A DNA stretch of 20,000 bases from an uncultured virus (IMG/VR IMGVR_UViG_3300050821_013558) (IMGVR_UViG_3300050821_013558), one strand, 5' to 3'. Positions 7,357 to 17,027 are shown, counted from the stretch's first letter. The notes: generated by a model not told the origin, from the letters alone. Numbers and translations are program-made.

Positions 7357-8013
7357 ATGTCCGGTACACTTTCTGCGACAACTCTCGGTGCGCTTGCTCC
7401 CATACTAAAGGACGCTACCGGTGTCGCCGGCCTCGGCTCCACAGTCTACAATCTCTACAATCAGTACCAAAATCAGCAGTATCAAAATCAGCTTCGGTCT
7501 CTGGCGCAGGACCCGGCGAAGATGAATGCCTACGCTGCGAAATTTACCCAGCCGCTGACTGCTGGATTGACCGCCGGAGTCGCTAATCAGGCTCAGGGCT
7601 ACTTGGCTTCCCGTGGGCTCTCCGACTCACCGCAGATTTCCGAGCAGGTCGAAGCGCAGGCCATCGCTCCCTATATTCAGCAAAATCAGCAGCAGGGGTA
7701 TCAGGACGCGCTTCAGGCGCTCAGCGTTGGCGGTGGAGCGATCAATCCGGCGCTTCAGCAGCAGAATGGTCTTACAGCGCTAACCAAGGCATTTTCGCAA
7801 TTGAGTCCTCCCGGCTCTTCTCCTTCTCCTGCTACTCTCCAGGACTATTTGCGCACATTTGGGACTCAGTCACAGCAACTCGATCCAAGCCAGTGGAATC
7901 CCGGCGCCGCACCGCCGCCGATCGACACTTCTTCATGGGACTGGGGCGCATCGGCGCCGGACATGAGCACTTTTCAGCCGGACTACGTAGGCGATCTTGC
8001 CGCAGGGAGTTAA
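7357..8013 (+). CDS. Probable internal virion / ejection protein (218 aa)
   Basis: SD TAAGGAGG overlapping the upstream stop, ATG 7357. Gln/Ala-rich with the 'LASRGLSDS' motif common in podovirus ejection proteins. Confidence 0.75.
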   Translation: MSGTLSATTLGALAPILKDATGVAGLGSTVYNLYNQYQNQQYQNQLRSLAQDPAKMNAYAAKFTQPLTAGLTAGVANQAQGYLASRGLSDSPQISEQVEAQAIAPYIQQNQQQGYQDALQALSVGGGAINPALQQQNGLTALTKAFSQLSPPGSSPSPATLQDYLRTFGTQSQQLDPSQWNPGAAPPPIDTSSWDWGASAPDMSTFQPDYVGDLAAGS

Positions 8014-8016
8014 ATC

Positions 8017-9378
8017 GTGGGATTTTGGAATGCGCTTTCGGTTCTTGCTCCAGTTGCACCGGCCATGTCGGATGCCGCGGACCTGCGCACCCAGCGGCAG
8101 CGGGACGCGGCTGACTTTGCTTCAGAGCAGGCATTGAAGCAAGCGCAGCTTACGACACAGAAGCTGGCAGCGCAACTCGATCAGCAACGGCTCACTGCAG
8201 GTAACGCTCCGTCTCAAATTCCCGGCACCAAAGATTACTACTCTGCCGCTGAAGGAAGTTGGATGCGGCCTTCCTTGGTCAACGGAGAATACAAAGCTGT
8301 CAAAATTCCCGGCCAGGCTCCCGCCGATGAACTGAAGCAAGCGACCAAGGGGTTGAAAGATGCCTTTGATGCGATGGGGATACAAGTTCCCCCTAACGTA
8401 CTTGCAGACCTTGGGTATCGTATATACGGCGGCACAGGCGCGTATCCTGCAACCGGTATGGGAGTCGCCAAACCGGTAACTCTCAAAGGGCCGGATGGCC
8501 AGCCGATCGGCGCTTCTTTTAGCGGAGGCCGATACTACGATTCGGAGGGAAAAGAGATTGAAAATCCGGTGCTATGGGAAAAGCCTGTCGCTGCGCGTTC
8601 GCTTCCTCCTGCAACCCAATACATGCAGCTTTACACTAAAAAGCTTCTTGCCGACCGCAAACAGGGACCACCGTTAACCGCTGAAGAGACGGCGCAAATG
8701 CAGGCCAGTCTGAGTACCATGGACGAGCCGGGGATAGCGAGAATGCAGGCGCTAGGGAAAGCGTATGCGCAGTACCACATAACACCTATCACCGATGATT
8801 CTGGAGCGGCTGTATATGTGCCGATAGCTGCGGTATTAGCGGCGAACAAGGCTGGCGCTCCGCCCCGGACTGCCGCTGCCGGCACAGCCGACGCAGCAGA
8901 CAAAAAGAACGCGATGCTTGCTAGCTCTGCTATCCAGCAAGTGAATCGCATGGAGAGCATCCTGAACCGCGATCCTAACCTGACAGGGCCAGGCGCAGGA
9001 CAACTGACTCAGCTTCAGGTTTGGCTGGGTAATCAAGATCCAGATGCGCAAGCTTTTCTGATGTCTTCTTTACTCGGGTCCGAGCACGGAGTTGCAGTAT
9101 TCGGCGGCAGGAATATTCACACAATTCAAGATTTGCAGAACACGCTGGGAAGTTGGAGAACCAATCCAGCTGCGCTGAAATCCGCGCTGGGAGTTATACG
9201 GGAAACAATGACTCCTTGGCTGACAGCGGGCGGAAGATTACCGGGACCGAGGACGGCAGGGGCAGGACCTACTGCTCCAAAAGGCACAGTTACGCTCAAG
9301 GCCGGTGGCAAAACATACAACATCCCCCGCGATCAGGTAGCTGCATTCAGGAAGGATCACCCTGATGCCAGCCAATGA
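8017..9378 (+). CDS. Probable internal virion / ejection protein (453 aa)
   Basis: GGGAG then GTG start. Helical, Ala/Gln-rich, Cys-free. Ends in a small 'VTLKAGGKTYNIPRDQVAAFRKDHPDA' module. Position matches an ejectosome component. Confidence 0.7.
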   Translation: MGFWNALSVLAPVAPAMSDAADLRTQRQRDAADFASEQALKQAQLTTQKLAAQLDQQRLTAGNAPSQIPGTKDYYSAAEGSWMRPSLVNGEYKAVKIPGQAPADELKQATKGLKDAFDAMGIQVPPNVLADLGYRIYGGTGAYPATGMGVAKPVTLKGPDGQPIGASFSGGRYYDSEGKEIENPVLWEKPVAARSLPPATQYMQLYTKKLLADRKQGPPLTAEETAQMQASLSTMDEPGIARMQALGKAYAQYHITPITDDSGAAVYVPIAAVLAANKAGAPPRTAAAGTADAADKKNAMLASSAIQQVNRMESILNRDPNLTGPGAGQLTQLQVWLGNQDPDAQAFLMSSLLGSEHGVAVFGGRNIHTIQDLQNTLGSWRTNPAALKSALGVIRETMTPWLTAGGRLPGPRTAGAGPTAPKGTVTLKAGGKTYNIPRDQVAAFRKDHPDASQ

Positions 9379-11935
9379 CAAGTGGGCACAGTACGAGGTT
9401 GCGTCTCCGGCTGCCAAGCACGATAAATGGTCGCAATACGAAGCTGCGCCAGCGACGACAGTTTCATCTGCTTTCGCGCCCGATCTCACCACCAACACCA
9501 TCGATCCTGCTACAGGCACTGGTTACGGTCTCTACCGTATGGGCAGTTACGATTTCAATGCGGGGCAGGTCAGCAAGCCGGAAATCCAAGTCCCTTACAA
9601 TCGTGTGCAGGACGCCATCGCTGCCGGATACAAACTCCATCCGGATGAGGCTCCACGCTACCAGCGGGACACAGCGCATAACGGCTCCGTGTCGCGCGCT
9701 ACCGGTCAGGTCAAATCTCTCCTGGCGCGCATGACCGAGACGATGCCGGATACGCCGCTTGAAGGAAATTGGTGGCAGAAGGCTAACGCTGCCGCGGCCA
9801 ACGTTGAAAAGCTTCCGTTCAATGTGACCAACCGGACGTTACGCGGCCTGGCTGGACTGCCTGCGGGACTGGCACAGACAGCAACGGGCATCAGCCACGG
9901 CGATTCAGCGGCACTGGAAAGTCTGGACCCGGCAGCTATGGGCGAGAACTCCTACAAAGGATTGCAGCAGGATACTTCTGACATTGGCCCAATGGCCGCG
10001 CTCGGAAATCTTGGCGGTGACGCGCTGACAGCATACGCAACTGGAAAACTCGGCGGCAAGGTAGCAGACACGGGAATCGCGGCAGCAGAAGGTACAGGAG
10101 ACGCAGCCCAATCTATTGTCCGCCGCATGGCGGGCTCCGGTCCCGGTGTGGCTCGCGCACTCGTTCGTGAGGCTACTGAAGATAATCGTCAAATCGCTCT
10201 GCGCAATGCAGACAAGCAGGCTGAGGCTATGGATAAATGGCACGAGGCCCAAACCAAGGCTGATTACGATCATCGCGCCGATTTGCTCAAACTTCGCCAA
10301 CAGTATGCGCAGTCTGTACGGGACGCAACCGAGAAGGCGCGCACGGGAACAGCCAAGGACCGTGCCGAAGTCCAATCGAAGAATCTGGCAGCGAAACAAA
10401 AGTACGAGCAAGATGTGCGCGACGCGCAACAGAAGTACGCGACAGACCGCGCTGAGGCTCTCCGCGCCAACGCTGAAGCGCAGCGCGCGCTCAATCAGAA
10501 GGTCGGTCAGACGGCACAGCAGAATCGTGCGGCCACCGCTGCTGAGCGCGCCAAGGTCGATCAGGAAGGTAAATTGCAGGTTGGCGGGTCGCAACTGATC
10601 TATGGCTTGCAGCAACTCGATAAAGCCTTGCGTGATCGCGCCGGTACGATGTTCGATGCCGTGCGTGAAAAAGTTGGCACGGTAACTCGACCGGGGACCG
10701 ATCTTGGCACACGTGCGCGTGCTGCTTTGACCAAGATATCCGGGTCGTCCACCGTTCCTAAGCCCTTCAGCGACATCCTCGGTAAATACCCCGAGACGGA
10801 ACCTGAGTTCATCGAATATCAGGGCGCACAGATTCCAAAAACCAATCGTCTTTATGACGTGCTCAAACAGCAAGGAATGGGCGCAGGCGCTCCTCCTGTC
10901 ACCTTCGGCGATCTTCAAGGCTATTACACGGAAACCGGCGCAGAGCTTTCCAAAGGCACTCTGCCCGGAGATGTTTATCTGGCCACTAAAGAACTGCACA
11001 ACGCCATCGGCGACATGATGCAAGAGATGGCCAGCGGCGCCGGAGCTGGAAAAGAGTTTTGGGACTCACGGGTTTTCTACCGGAACTACATGGACACATT
11101 TCACGAGCCGACAGGTCCTTCGGGCTCCGGTTCTCCCGTGGCCCAGGCCCTCCTCGCAAAAGATCCTGCTGTCGCTGTAGAGAAATTCGCTGGCGACGCT
11201 GGCGATCGCGGCATCGCTGTCTTGCGTCGGTATTCAGATTCACTGGCTAATCTCGCGCAGAATGTTCGTAGAACTGCTCGAGAGAAAGTCACGGTTCCTG
11301 CGCGAAAGTCTGCTGTCGATATCCCAGCGCCCAAGGCCACGCCGGTTCCCGCCGGGGCCAATCTGCCTCTCCCCGGTGTCGTCGAGTCGCTGCCTGCCGC
11401 TCGCGCCGCTAACCTTGCCTTGCCCCCAGTCCTACCTGACGACCCTGTTGTTCCTTTTCACGATCCGAAACTTACCCCACCACGTACCATCTCCGCTGAG
11501 GAAATCCAACGGCGAAATGCCGCTGGCATTCACTCCCGTGCACAGGGTATGGCTACTCGTCTTCTAGGATGGACTGCAATCTGGCCAGCGTTTCGCATAC
11601 TTAGTGAACTGACTCGGACTGGCTCGGCAAGTCTTCGTCCACTGGCTGCCATACCCGCCGCTGGAGCCGCTGGGCTAGGCGTTGAGTCCCTATTAGAATA
11701 TCCCCCGGTAATGGACTTCCTTACCCGTGCTACTCCTCGTCAGATTGCAACTATCCCACCCGAACTGCGTGGATCAATGCCGGAGATCATTAATGAGGCC
11801 AAAGCGCGTGGAGTGAAAATCAGCCCAATTCTCGCTACATGGGCTGTCACCGTACAGCGTAACCGTGCAGGACAGACAAACCAGCAATCGAGTCAACAAG
11901 TCCAGCAACCGGACGTGCAAGGAGCAATTCAATGA
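9365..11935 (+). CDS. Large internal virion / ejection protein (856 aa)
   Basis: Overlaps the upstream gene by 14 nt. N-terminal DKW[AS]QYE repeats, Gly/Ala hydrophobic patches, a long coiled-coil-like stretch (~10150-10650) and a Pro-rich region. Last and largest gene of the ejection cluster. Confidence 0.75.
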   Translation: MPANDKWAQYEVASPAAKHDKWSQYEAAPATTVSSAFAPDLTTNTIDPATGTGYGLYRMGSYDFNAGQVSKPEIQVPYNRVQDAIAAGYKLHPDEAPRYQRDTAHNGSVSRATGQVKSLLARMTETMPDTPLEGNWWQKANAAAANVEKLPFNVTNRTLRGLAGLPAGLAQTATGISHGDSAALESLDPAAMGENSYKGLQQDTSDIGPMAALGNLGGDALTAYATGKLGGKVADTGIAAAEGTGDAAQSIVRRMAGSGPGVARALVREATEDNRQIALRNADKQAEAMDKWHEAQTKADYDHRADLLKLRQQYAQSVRDATEKARTGTAKDRAEVQSKNLAAKQKYEQDVRDAQQKYATDRAEALRANAEAQRALNQKVGQTAQQNRAATAAERAKVDQEGKLQVGGSQLIYGLQQLDKALRDRAGTMFDAVREKVGTVTRPGTDLGTRARAALTKISGSSTVPKPFSDILGKYPETEPEFIEYQGAQIPKTNRLYDVLKQQGMGAGAPPVTFGDLQGYYTETGAELSKGTLPGDVYLATKELHNAIGDMMQEMASGAGAGKEFWDSRVFYRNYMDTFHEPTGPSGSGSPVAQALLAKDPAVAVEKFAGDAGDRGIAVLRRYSDSLANLAQNVRRTAREKVTVPARKSAVDIPAPKATPVPAGANLPLPGVVESLPAARAANLALPPVLPDDPVVPFHDPKLTPPRTISAEEIQRRNAAGIHSRAQGMATRLLGWTAIWPAFRILSELTRTGSASLRPLAAIPAAGAAGLGVESLLEYPPVMDFLTRATPRQIATIPPELRGSMPEIINEAKARGVKISPILATWAVTVQRNRAGQTNQQSSQQVQQPDVQGAIQ
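9377..9448 (+). repeat. Diverged tandem repeat (45-nt period) encoding DKWAQYEVA / DKWSQYEAA
   Basis: GACAAGTGGGCACAGTACGAGGTTGCG at 9377 and GATAAATGGTCGCAATACGAAGCTGCG at 9422. Confidence 0.8.
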
Positions 11936-14900
11936 AAAAGATCGTCCTTTTAGCTCTGTTGCTCTTTCCTGTGCTGGCTTCAGCCCAGACTATTCCTGCG
12001 GGCTACATTCAGGCCACGGCCACGGTCCCAATCCTCGCCAATGGGTCGTTTGGCGCGGCGTGGACCAATCTTTCTTCTTCGCCTCAACTCGGGTTACTCG
12101 GCTGTGTTTCTACTTTTCAGACCACTGTCAATGGAACGATCGACTCCTACGGCAAGTTTTCTGTCCTTCTCGCTGATCCCAGACAAATCTGCCCCTCGCC
12201 TTCGACCTGGACTTTTACTTTCTCCTGCTACAAACCTCCGGGCGCATTCATTACTCAGATCACAGTTACCGGCGCGGGCAGTGTCGACGATATCTCTGCA
12301 CAGATTCTCGCTGCCGCACCGGCAAATATCTGCGCGGGAGGAGGGGGTGGAGGCGGTCCCACAATTGAGACGAACTCAGTCAACAATCTGTCGCAGACAT
12401 TGTTGAATTTCACCAACACGTCAACCATCTCCTTCCTCAATCCAAGTGGAGGTGTTGAGACCGCAACCTGCTCGACTGCTACTAATTCCGCGATTGGATG
12501 TCTCAGACCGGACGGAACCACATGTACAGTCACGGCTGGAGTCCTGACATGTCCGGGCGGGGGTAGCGGTGGCAACACTACCAACTTCGAACACAATGAC
12601 ACACTGCTCACGGGATTGTTTCCACCAAACTCAGGCATCCAGGTATTCGATGTCAACGACGTGCTGCCCGCTGCACCGGCTGCGGTACTAGGAACAAACA
12701 CCAACTGCACATGGCAGGCCGATCCATCGACAGGCCGCGTGAGTTGCTATGTTCCCAACGGCGCGTCGACACTGGTCAATGGCCCCGGTTCAGGGAATCA
12801 CGTATTTGTGCCGTTTACGGTCGCTACACCGTTTCAGTCGAGTGGCGGAGCATCATCGATTGCCTACACCACCACAACGGCGACGATTACGGTTTTTGCG
12901 AACTCCAGCGGTTTTCCGCCTTCCTCAAACGACGTCGCGTACACCGTCCCAGCAGCGTTGCCGAGCTACATCAACCCGGCAAATATTACAGCGGTCTACG
13001 CAGTCATTTGGCAGGGCAACAGTTTTGGTGGTGCGAACGTCTACACCGTTTGCAATGGAAGCACAGTTACGGCGGCAGGTAGCGGGGTAAACCCGTTTTA
13101 CGTCCTTCTCGGCACATCGAGTTCGGTTATTTCTGGATCGAATTGCACGTTCAATGCAGGCGGGTCAGGGCCTCGTACTCAGTTGACCGGATACCTGAAT
13201 CTTGTTGGGCTGGAAATCTACTACAACACCGGCAGCCCCGCCCCTCCGCCGCAGACAGCTATTCAGGTCGAGTACCCACTTGACATTGATCCGGTCACCG
13301 GAGCCATTGGAATATCTCCGCTTTATCCGAATTACCTCAATCCGGTTTCGATTGCCAGCCTGCCACTACCGCAGAACGCAGTCGGCGAACAATGGGTCAT
13401 TGGGGATGGAGTCAGCTTGTCCGATTGCACGACAGGCGGCGGAATCTACACCGTCGTCTGCCTGTCGCAGGGATACAACGGTGGTTGGACACCCGTGAGC
13501 GAAAATGGCCTGAGCGGTATGACGACTGGGCAAGTCCCTATCGCTGCCACTGCCACTACCGTAACGAGCAGCAAAGCTCTCGCGGGAGGTGGAGCAGGAA
13601 TCACCACCGGCCCGACGACAAGTGTAAATTCCGACTGCGTGCAATTCACAGGCACGGCAGGTCAGATTTCGGACTCCGGTTCACCGTGCGGTGGTGGAGG
13701 TGGGTCCGGTTACAACAATGTAGTCGCATCTTCGACCGCCGACACCACGGTAGCAGCGATCAATGGCAAGTGCTCGGCGGGACAGACCTACTGGGCGAGT
13801 GTGCCGATTACATTCACTGCCGGCGGAACAATCGGATCAGGCTGCAATGTGATGTTTGTCAAGGGTGGGGTGTGGAGCGGAAGCGTCTCGATTACCTTCG
13901 CTAATCCTATTCGAGAAAACGATGGGCCTTCAGAGCATTTCTCAGGGCCGACAATCACGCTTGCTTCTCAAGATGCAAGGCCGGAATGGTGGGGCGCGGT
14001 AGCCGACTGGAACGGAACAACCGGCACCGACAACACAACAGCCCTCAACGCTACCGAAGCGGCTTTAACGAACGGTGTCGTGCTCGGCCAGCCGGGATGC
14101 TACAAAGTCACCGGCACATTCACGATTAACAAGTCAAACACTGGTTTCATCGGGGAAAGTTTGCAGGCTATCGGCTACGGTGGCTCGGTTGCGCCAACGT
14201 GCATCATTTCGACTTCGGCCAGCGCGACCCCTGTCAGCATTCTAGGAACGAGCCTCTCCAACGCGATCAATGGAGTGCAACTGAAGGCTGTCGATGTTAA
14301 GCGGTCAACCGCGCCAAGCGGCTCTGCTATTGGGGTTTCAATCGCGTATGCGGCATGGTCTGTCATCGATCAGGTCTGGTCTGAAGACAGCAATACGGAT
14401 TTCGACATCAGCCAGTCCCCCAACGCTCGCATCACGAATTCGACTGCCGACTGGTGTTTTGGCAGTGTCACCGGATACACCGGAACCTTGCAAGGATGGC
14501 GCTTTGAGAATGCGGCGGCGAGTTTGGATTCCGTCAATATGGATTCTAATCGCGCTCTGCTTCCTTCTCCTCACGCCTGCGGAACGTCCGGATCAATCTA
14601 TGGCGCGTATGTCAATGGCACTTTCCCGAACACCGACCTTGTGTCTGATCATTTTGAGACTGCCTATCTGGATTACGGAATTTATTCGACCAACGTCGGC
14701 ACCGACATGCACTGGACGCATTACACACTCGACAACTGCCAATACGCTTGTATCTATCAGAACCTTGGTTCGGGACCGATCACTTACGAAGAAGGATGGG
14801 GTCGATATTCCGGCACAAGTTCGGTCGGCGCGAACATTCATGGTTCCACGTACACATCGCTTCTTAATTCGCAGTTCTACACGACTGTCGGCACCGCTAC

Positions 14901-15525
14901 TGCCGGTATCGAACTCAACGGCAACTATCTGACGGCCACTGGAAATCTGGTGGTTGCAACCAGCGGCGATGCGATCGATCCTACTTCCACCTACGGATCA
15001 ACGATCAGCAGTAACGCCCTCTCCCTCAATACTGGGACCGGGGTCAAATGTATCGGCTGCGGGGGTAACTCAATCGGCGGGAATTCCGCGAGCGGTGCTT
15101 CGGGGGCAACCGGCTATTCGTTCGACTCTACGAGCACAAATAACGTGGGCCTTAATTCCTGCTCGACAAATTTTGCGCCGGGTACCTGCATCAACGACCT
15201 CGGGACCGGAGATCAGCTCAAGGTTGGCACGCAGACGATCTGCACGGGAACAATTGCTCTCAGAACGACCGCCATCGGATCAGGCGCGAATGATCCAGCC
15301 GGACCTGCCACAGCAACCTGCACAGGATTGCTGACGACGGACAACATTCAACTTGACTTTAATGGGAATCCTACCGGGATAACCGGATTTACTCCGGGAA
15401 CTGCTGGCACTTTGACTATCTTCAAATGGCCGACAGCCAACACTATCAATGTGCTTTATCAAAACAACACAGGAGGCACAATTACTCCAGGAGCAGTTAC
15501 TTTGAACTACAGAGTAGTTCGCTAA
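11932..15525 (+). CDS. Tailspike/tail-fibre-like protein with N-terminal signal peptide and pectate-lyase-like beta-helix (1197 aa)
   Basis: SD AAGGAG and ATGA overlap. N-terminus MKKIVLLALLLFPVLASA|Q. Beta-helix cap motif 'PEWWGAVAD..GTDNTTALN..PGCYKV' from ~13981, followed by Asn/Ser/Thr-rich rungs. Poly-Gly linkers separate the modules. Confidence 0.8.
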   Translation: MKKIVLLALLLFPVLASAQTIPAGYIQATATVPILANGSFGAAWTNLSSSPQLGLLGCVSTFQTTVNGTIDSYGKFSVLLADPRQICPSPSTWTFTFSCYKPPGAFITQITVTGAGSVDDISAQILAAAPANICAGGGGGGGPTIETNSVNNLSQTLLNFTNTSTISFLNPSGGVETATCSTATNSAIGCLRPDGTTCTVTAGVLTCPGGGSGGNTTNFEHNDTLLTGLFPPNSGIQVFDVNDVLPAAPAAVLGTNTNCTWQADPSTGRVSCYVPNGASTLVNGPGSGNHVFVPFTVATPFQSSGGASSIAYTTTTATITVFANSSGFPPSSNDVAYTVPAALPSYINPANITAVYAVIWQGNSFGGANVYTVCNGSTVTAAGSGVNPFYVLLGTSSSVISGSNCTFNAGGSGPRTQLTGYLNLVGLEIYYNTGSPAPPPQTAIQVEYPLDIDPVTGAIGISPLYPNYLNPVSIASLPLPQNAVGEQWVIGDGVSLSDCTTGGGIYTVVCLSQGYNGGWTPVSENGLSGMTTGQVPIAATATTVTSSKALAGGGAGITTGPTTSVNSDCVQFTGTAGQISDSGSPCGGGGGSGYNNVVASSTADTTVAAINGKCSAGQTYWASVPITFTAGGTIGSGCNVMFVKGGVWSGSVSITFANPIRENDGPSEHFSGPTITLASQDARPEWWGAVADWNGTTGTDNTTALNATEAALTNGVVLGQPGCYKVTGTFTINKSNTGFIGESLQAIGYGGSVAPTCIISTSASATPVSILGTSLSNAINGVQLKAVDVKRSTAPSGSAIGVSIAYAAWSVIDQVWSEDSNTDFDISQSPNARITNSTADWCFGSVTGYTGTLQGWRFENAAASLDSVNMDSNRALLPSPHACGTSGSIYGAYVNGTFPNTDLVSDHFETAYLDYGIYSTNVGTDMHWTHYTLDNCQYACIYQNLGSGPITYEEGWGRYSGTSSVGANIHGSTYTSLLNSQFYTTVGTATAGIELNGNYLTATGNLVVATSGDAIDPTSTYGSTISSNALSLNTGTGVKCIGCGGNSIGGNSASGASGATGYSFDSTSTNNVGLNSCSTNFAPGTCINDLGTGDQLKVGTQTICTGTIALRTTAIGSGANDPAGPATATCTGLLTTDNIQLDFNGNPTGITGFTPGTAGTLTIFKWPTANTINVLYQNNTGGTITPGAVTLNYRVVR

Positions 15526-15539
15526 TAAGTGAGGTAGCA

Positions 15540-17027
15540 ATGAAAGTTTTAAAAAATCTCGTTCTCGCATCCCTCTTGCTGATTCCGTTATCGATTGCGG
15601 CGCAGGTGTCGAATCCGAGCGTTATTCCGGCGTCTCCTCCAGGATCGTGTACGGCAGGCGTGCCGCTCTGGGCCGTATTCAGCACCGGGACTCTTTATAT
15701 TTGCAACAATGGAACGCCGACTGCGATCAGCGGAGGTGGTGGCGGGGGAGTATCTGGGTCGGGCACGTCTGGATTTATTCCAGCTTGGACGGGGACAACT
15801 GCACTCGGTAACTCACACCTCGACGACGGCAAAACGACTGCTGCGACAGTAACCTCATCTGAACCACTTTCAGTTCAAGCACACGCCAGCGCGGGAGTTG
15901 GTTCTTCAATCAACGGTTATGGCGGAGTGCCGTCTATCCTGCTGTTACAGGAGACTCAAACAGATGGAGATGCTACCGCACTAATCGCAGCCTTAACGTA
16001 CAACCCAACCGTAACTTCGGCTGGCGGGCAAGCTGTATATAGTGAATTAGATTTTAGCTTGGACGGCACAACATCAGCCGACAATCTCAGCGCCGTTGAT
16101 GGTGAGTCATATAATCACAGTAATACCGTGGCTACCACCGAATTTAGAGGTGGTTACTTCTATTCTGATTCTCCGGGAAGCGGGTCTGTAACTAATCAAT
16201 CTGGATTAGTAGCGCAGGTGGATAAAACCGGCTCAGGCAATGATGCGCAGCTTGCCGATGCGTGGCTTCAATCTCCCTCTTTTGGGCTTGGAACAGGTAC
16301 GGTCACACAATTCGATGGCCTGCGCATTGACCAGATTTCAGGGGCCACTCACAATTATCAAATTTATTCCGCTGGAACAGCTACAAGCTATTTCCATGGG
16401 GGGATGCAATTCGATAATCTGCCGACCACTGCACAGACTAGTGTGGTTGGGATCGATTCCAGCGGAAATCTATACAAGAATGCAGCCAGTGGCGGTTACC
16501 CCACTCCTGTAACCCAGACAGCAGCAGGAGTATCAGAGCTAGATTTTATCCCTAGCAGCAATCCCTGCTTCAGTTCGAGCTATCGCGATTACGAGATCAG
16601 ATACTCAGACATCATCATCAGCGGAAGCTCTGTTTCATTTGGCATTCAGTTCTACACTGGGTCTTACGACACAGGGGCAAACTATTACGAAAATCGATTC
16701 TTTGGTGGCGTGATCGCAGGGGACGCAGCCACGCCTCTTTGGACGGTTAACGTAAATGGAACTTTGCTAGGGCCTACTGGGAGTACAGATTCTTACTCAA
16801 CATCTGCCGCGATAAGTGGTTGGGCTAAGTTTGAGCATCCCGGTGGAACTCAGACTCTAAAAATGGGACAGTATAGTTCTACTGGATATGTCGGAAATGC
16901 TACGACCAAGGCTGACAATTTCATGGGCGGATATGTCTACAACAATGCAACACCGGTAACTGGGTTTCGTGTGATCACAACAGGAACATTTACAGGGACG
17001 GTGACATGCCAGCCGTTGCCGCAATGA
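15540..17027 (+). CDS. Fibre-like protein with N-terminal signal peptide (495 aa)
   Basis: SD GAGGT, ATG 15540. N-terminus MKVLKNLVLASLLLIPLSIAA|Q. Fibre-type motif 'GGGGVSGSGTSGFIPAWTGTTALGNS'. C-terminal 'SSYRDYEIRYSDI..YDTGANYY' beta-sandwich-like tip domain. Confidence 0.75.
   Translation: MKVLKNLVLASLLLIPLSIAAQVSNPSVIPASPPGSCTAGVPLWAVFSTGTLYICNNGTPTAISGGGGGGVSGSGTSGFIPAWTGTTALGNSHLDDGKTTAATVTSSEPLSVQAHASAGVGSSINGYGGVPSILLLQETQTDGDATALIAALTYNPTVTSAGGQAVYSELDFSLDGTTSADNLSAVDGESYNHSNTVATTEFRGGYFYSDSPGSGSVTNQSGLVAQVDKTGSGNDAQLADAWLQSPSFGLGTGTVTQFDGLRIDQISGATHNYQIYSAGTATSYFHGGMQFDNLPTTAQTSVVGIDSSGNLYKNAASGGYPTPVTQTAAGVSELDFIPSSNPCFSSSYRDYEIRYSDIIISGSSVSFGIQFYTGSYDTGANYYENRFFGGVIAGDAATPLWTVNVNGTLLGPTGSTDSYSTSAAISGWAKFEHPGGTQTLKMGQYSSTGYVGNATTKADNFMGGYVYNNATPVTGFRVITTGTFTGTVTCQPLPQ

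Noticed and set aside
9905..11023. 372-aa minus-strand ORF
   Set aside because: Antisense shadow of the coiled-coil region of the 856-aa gene, with no independent signals.
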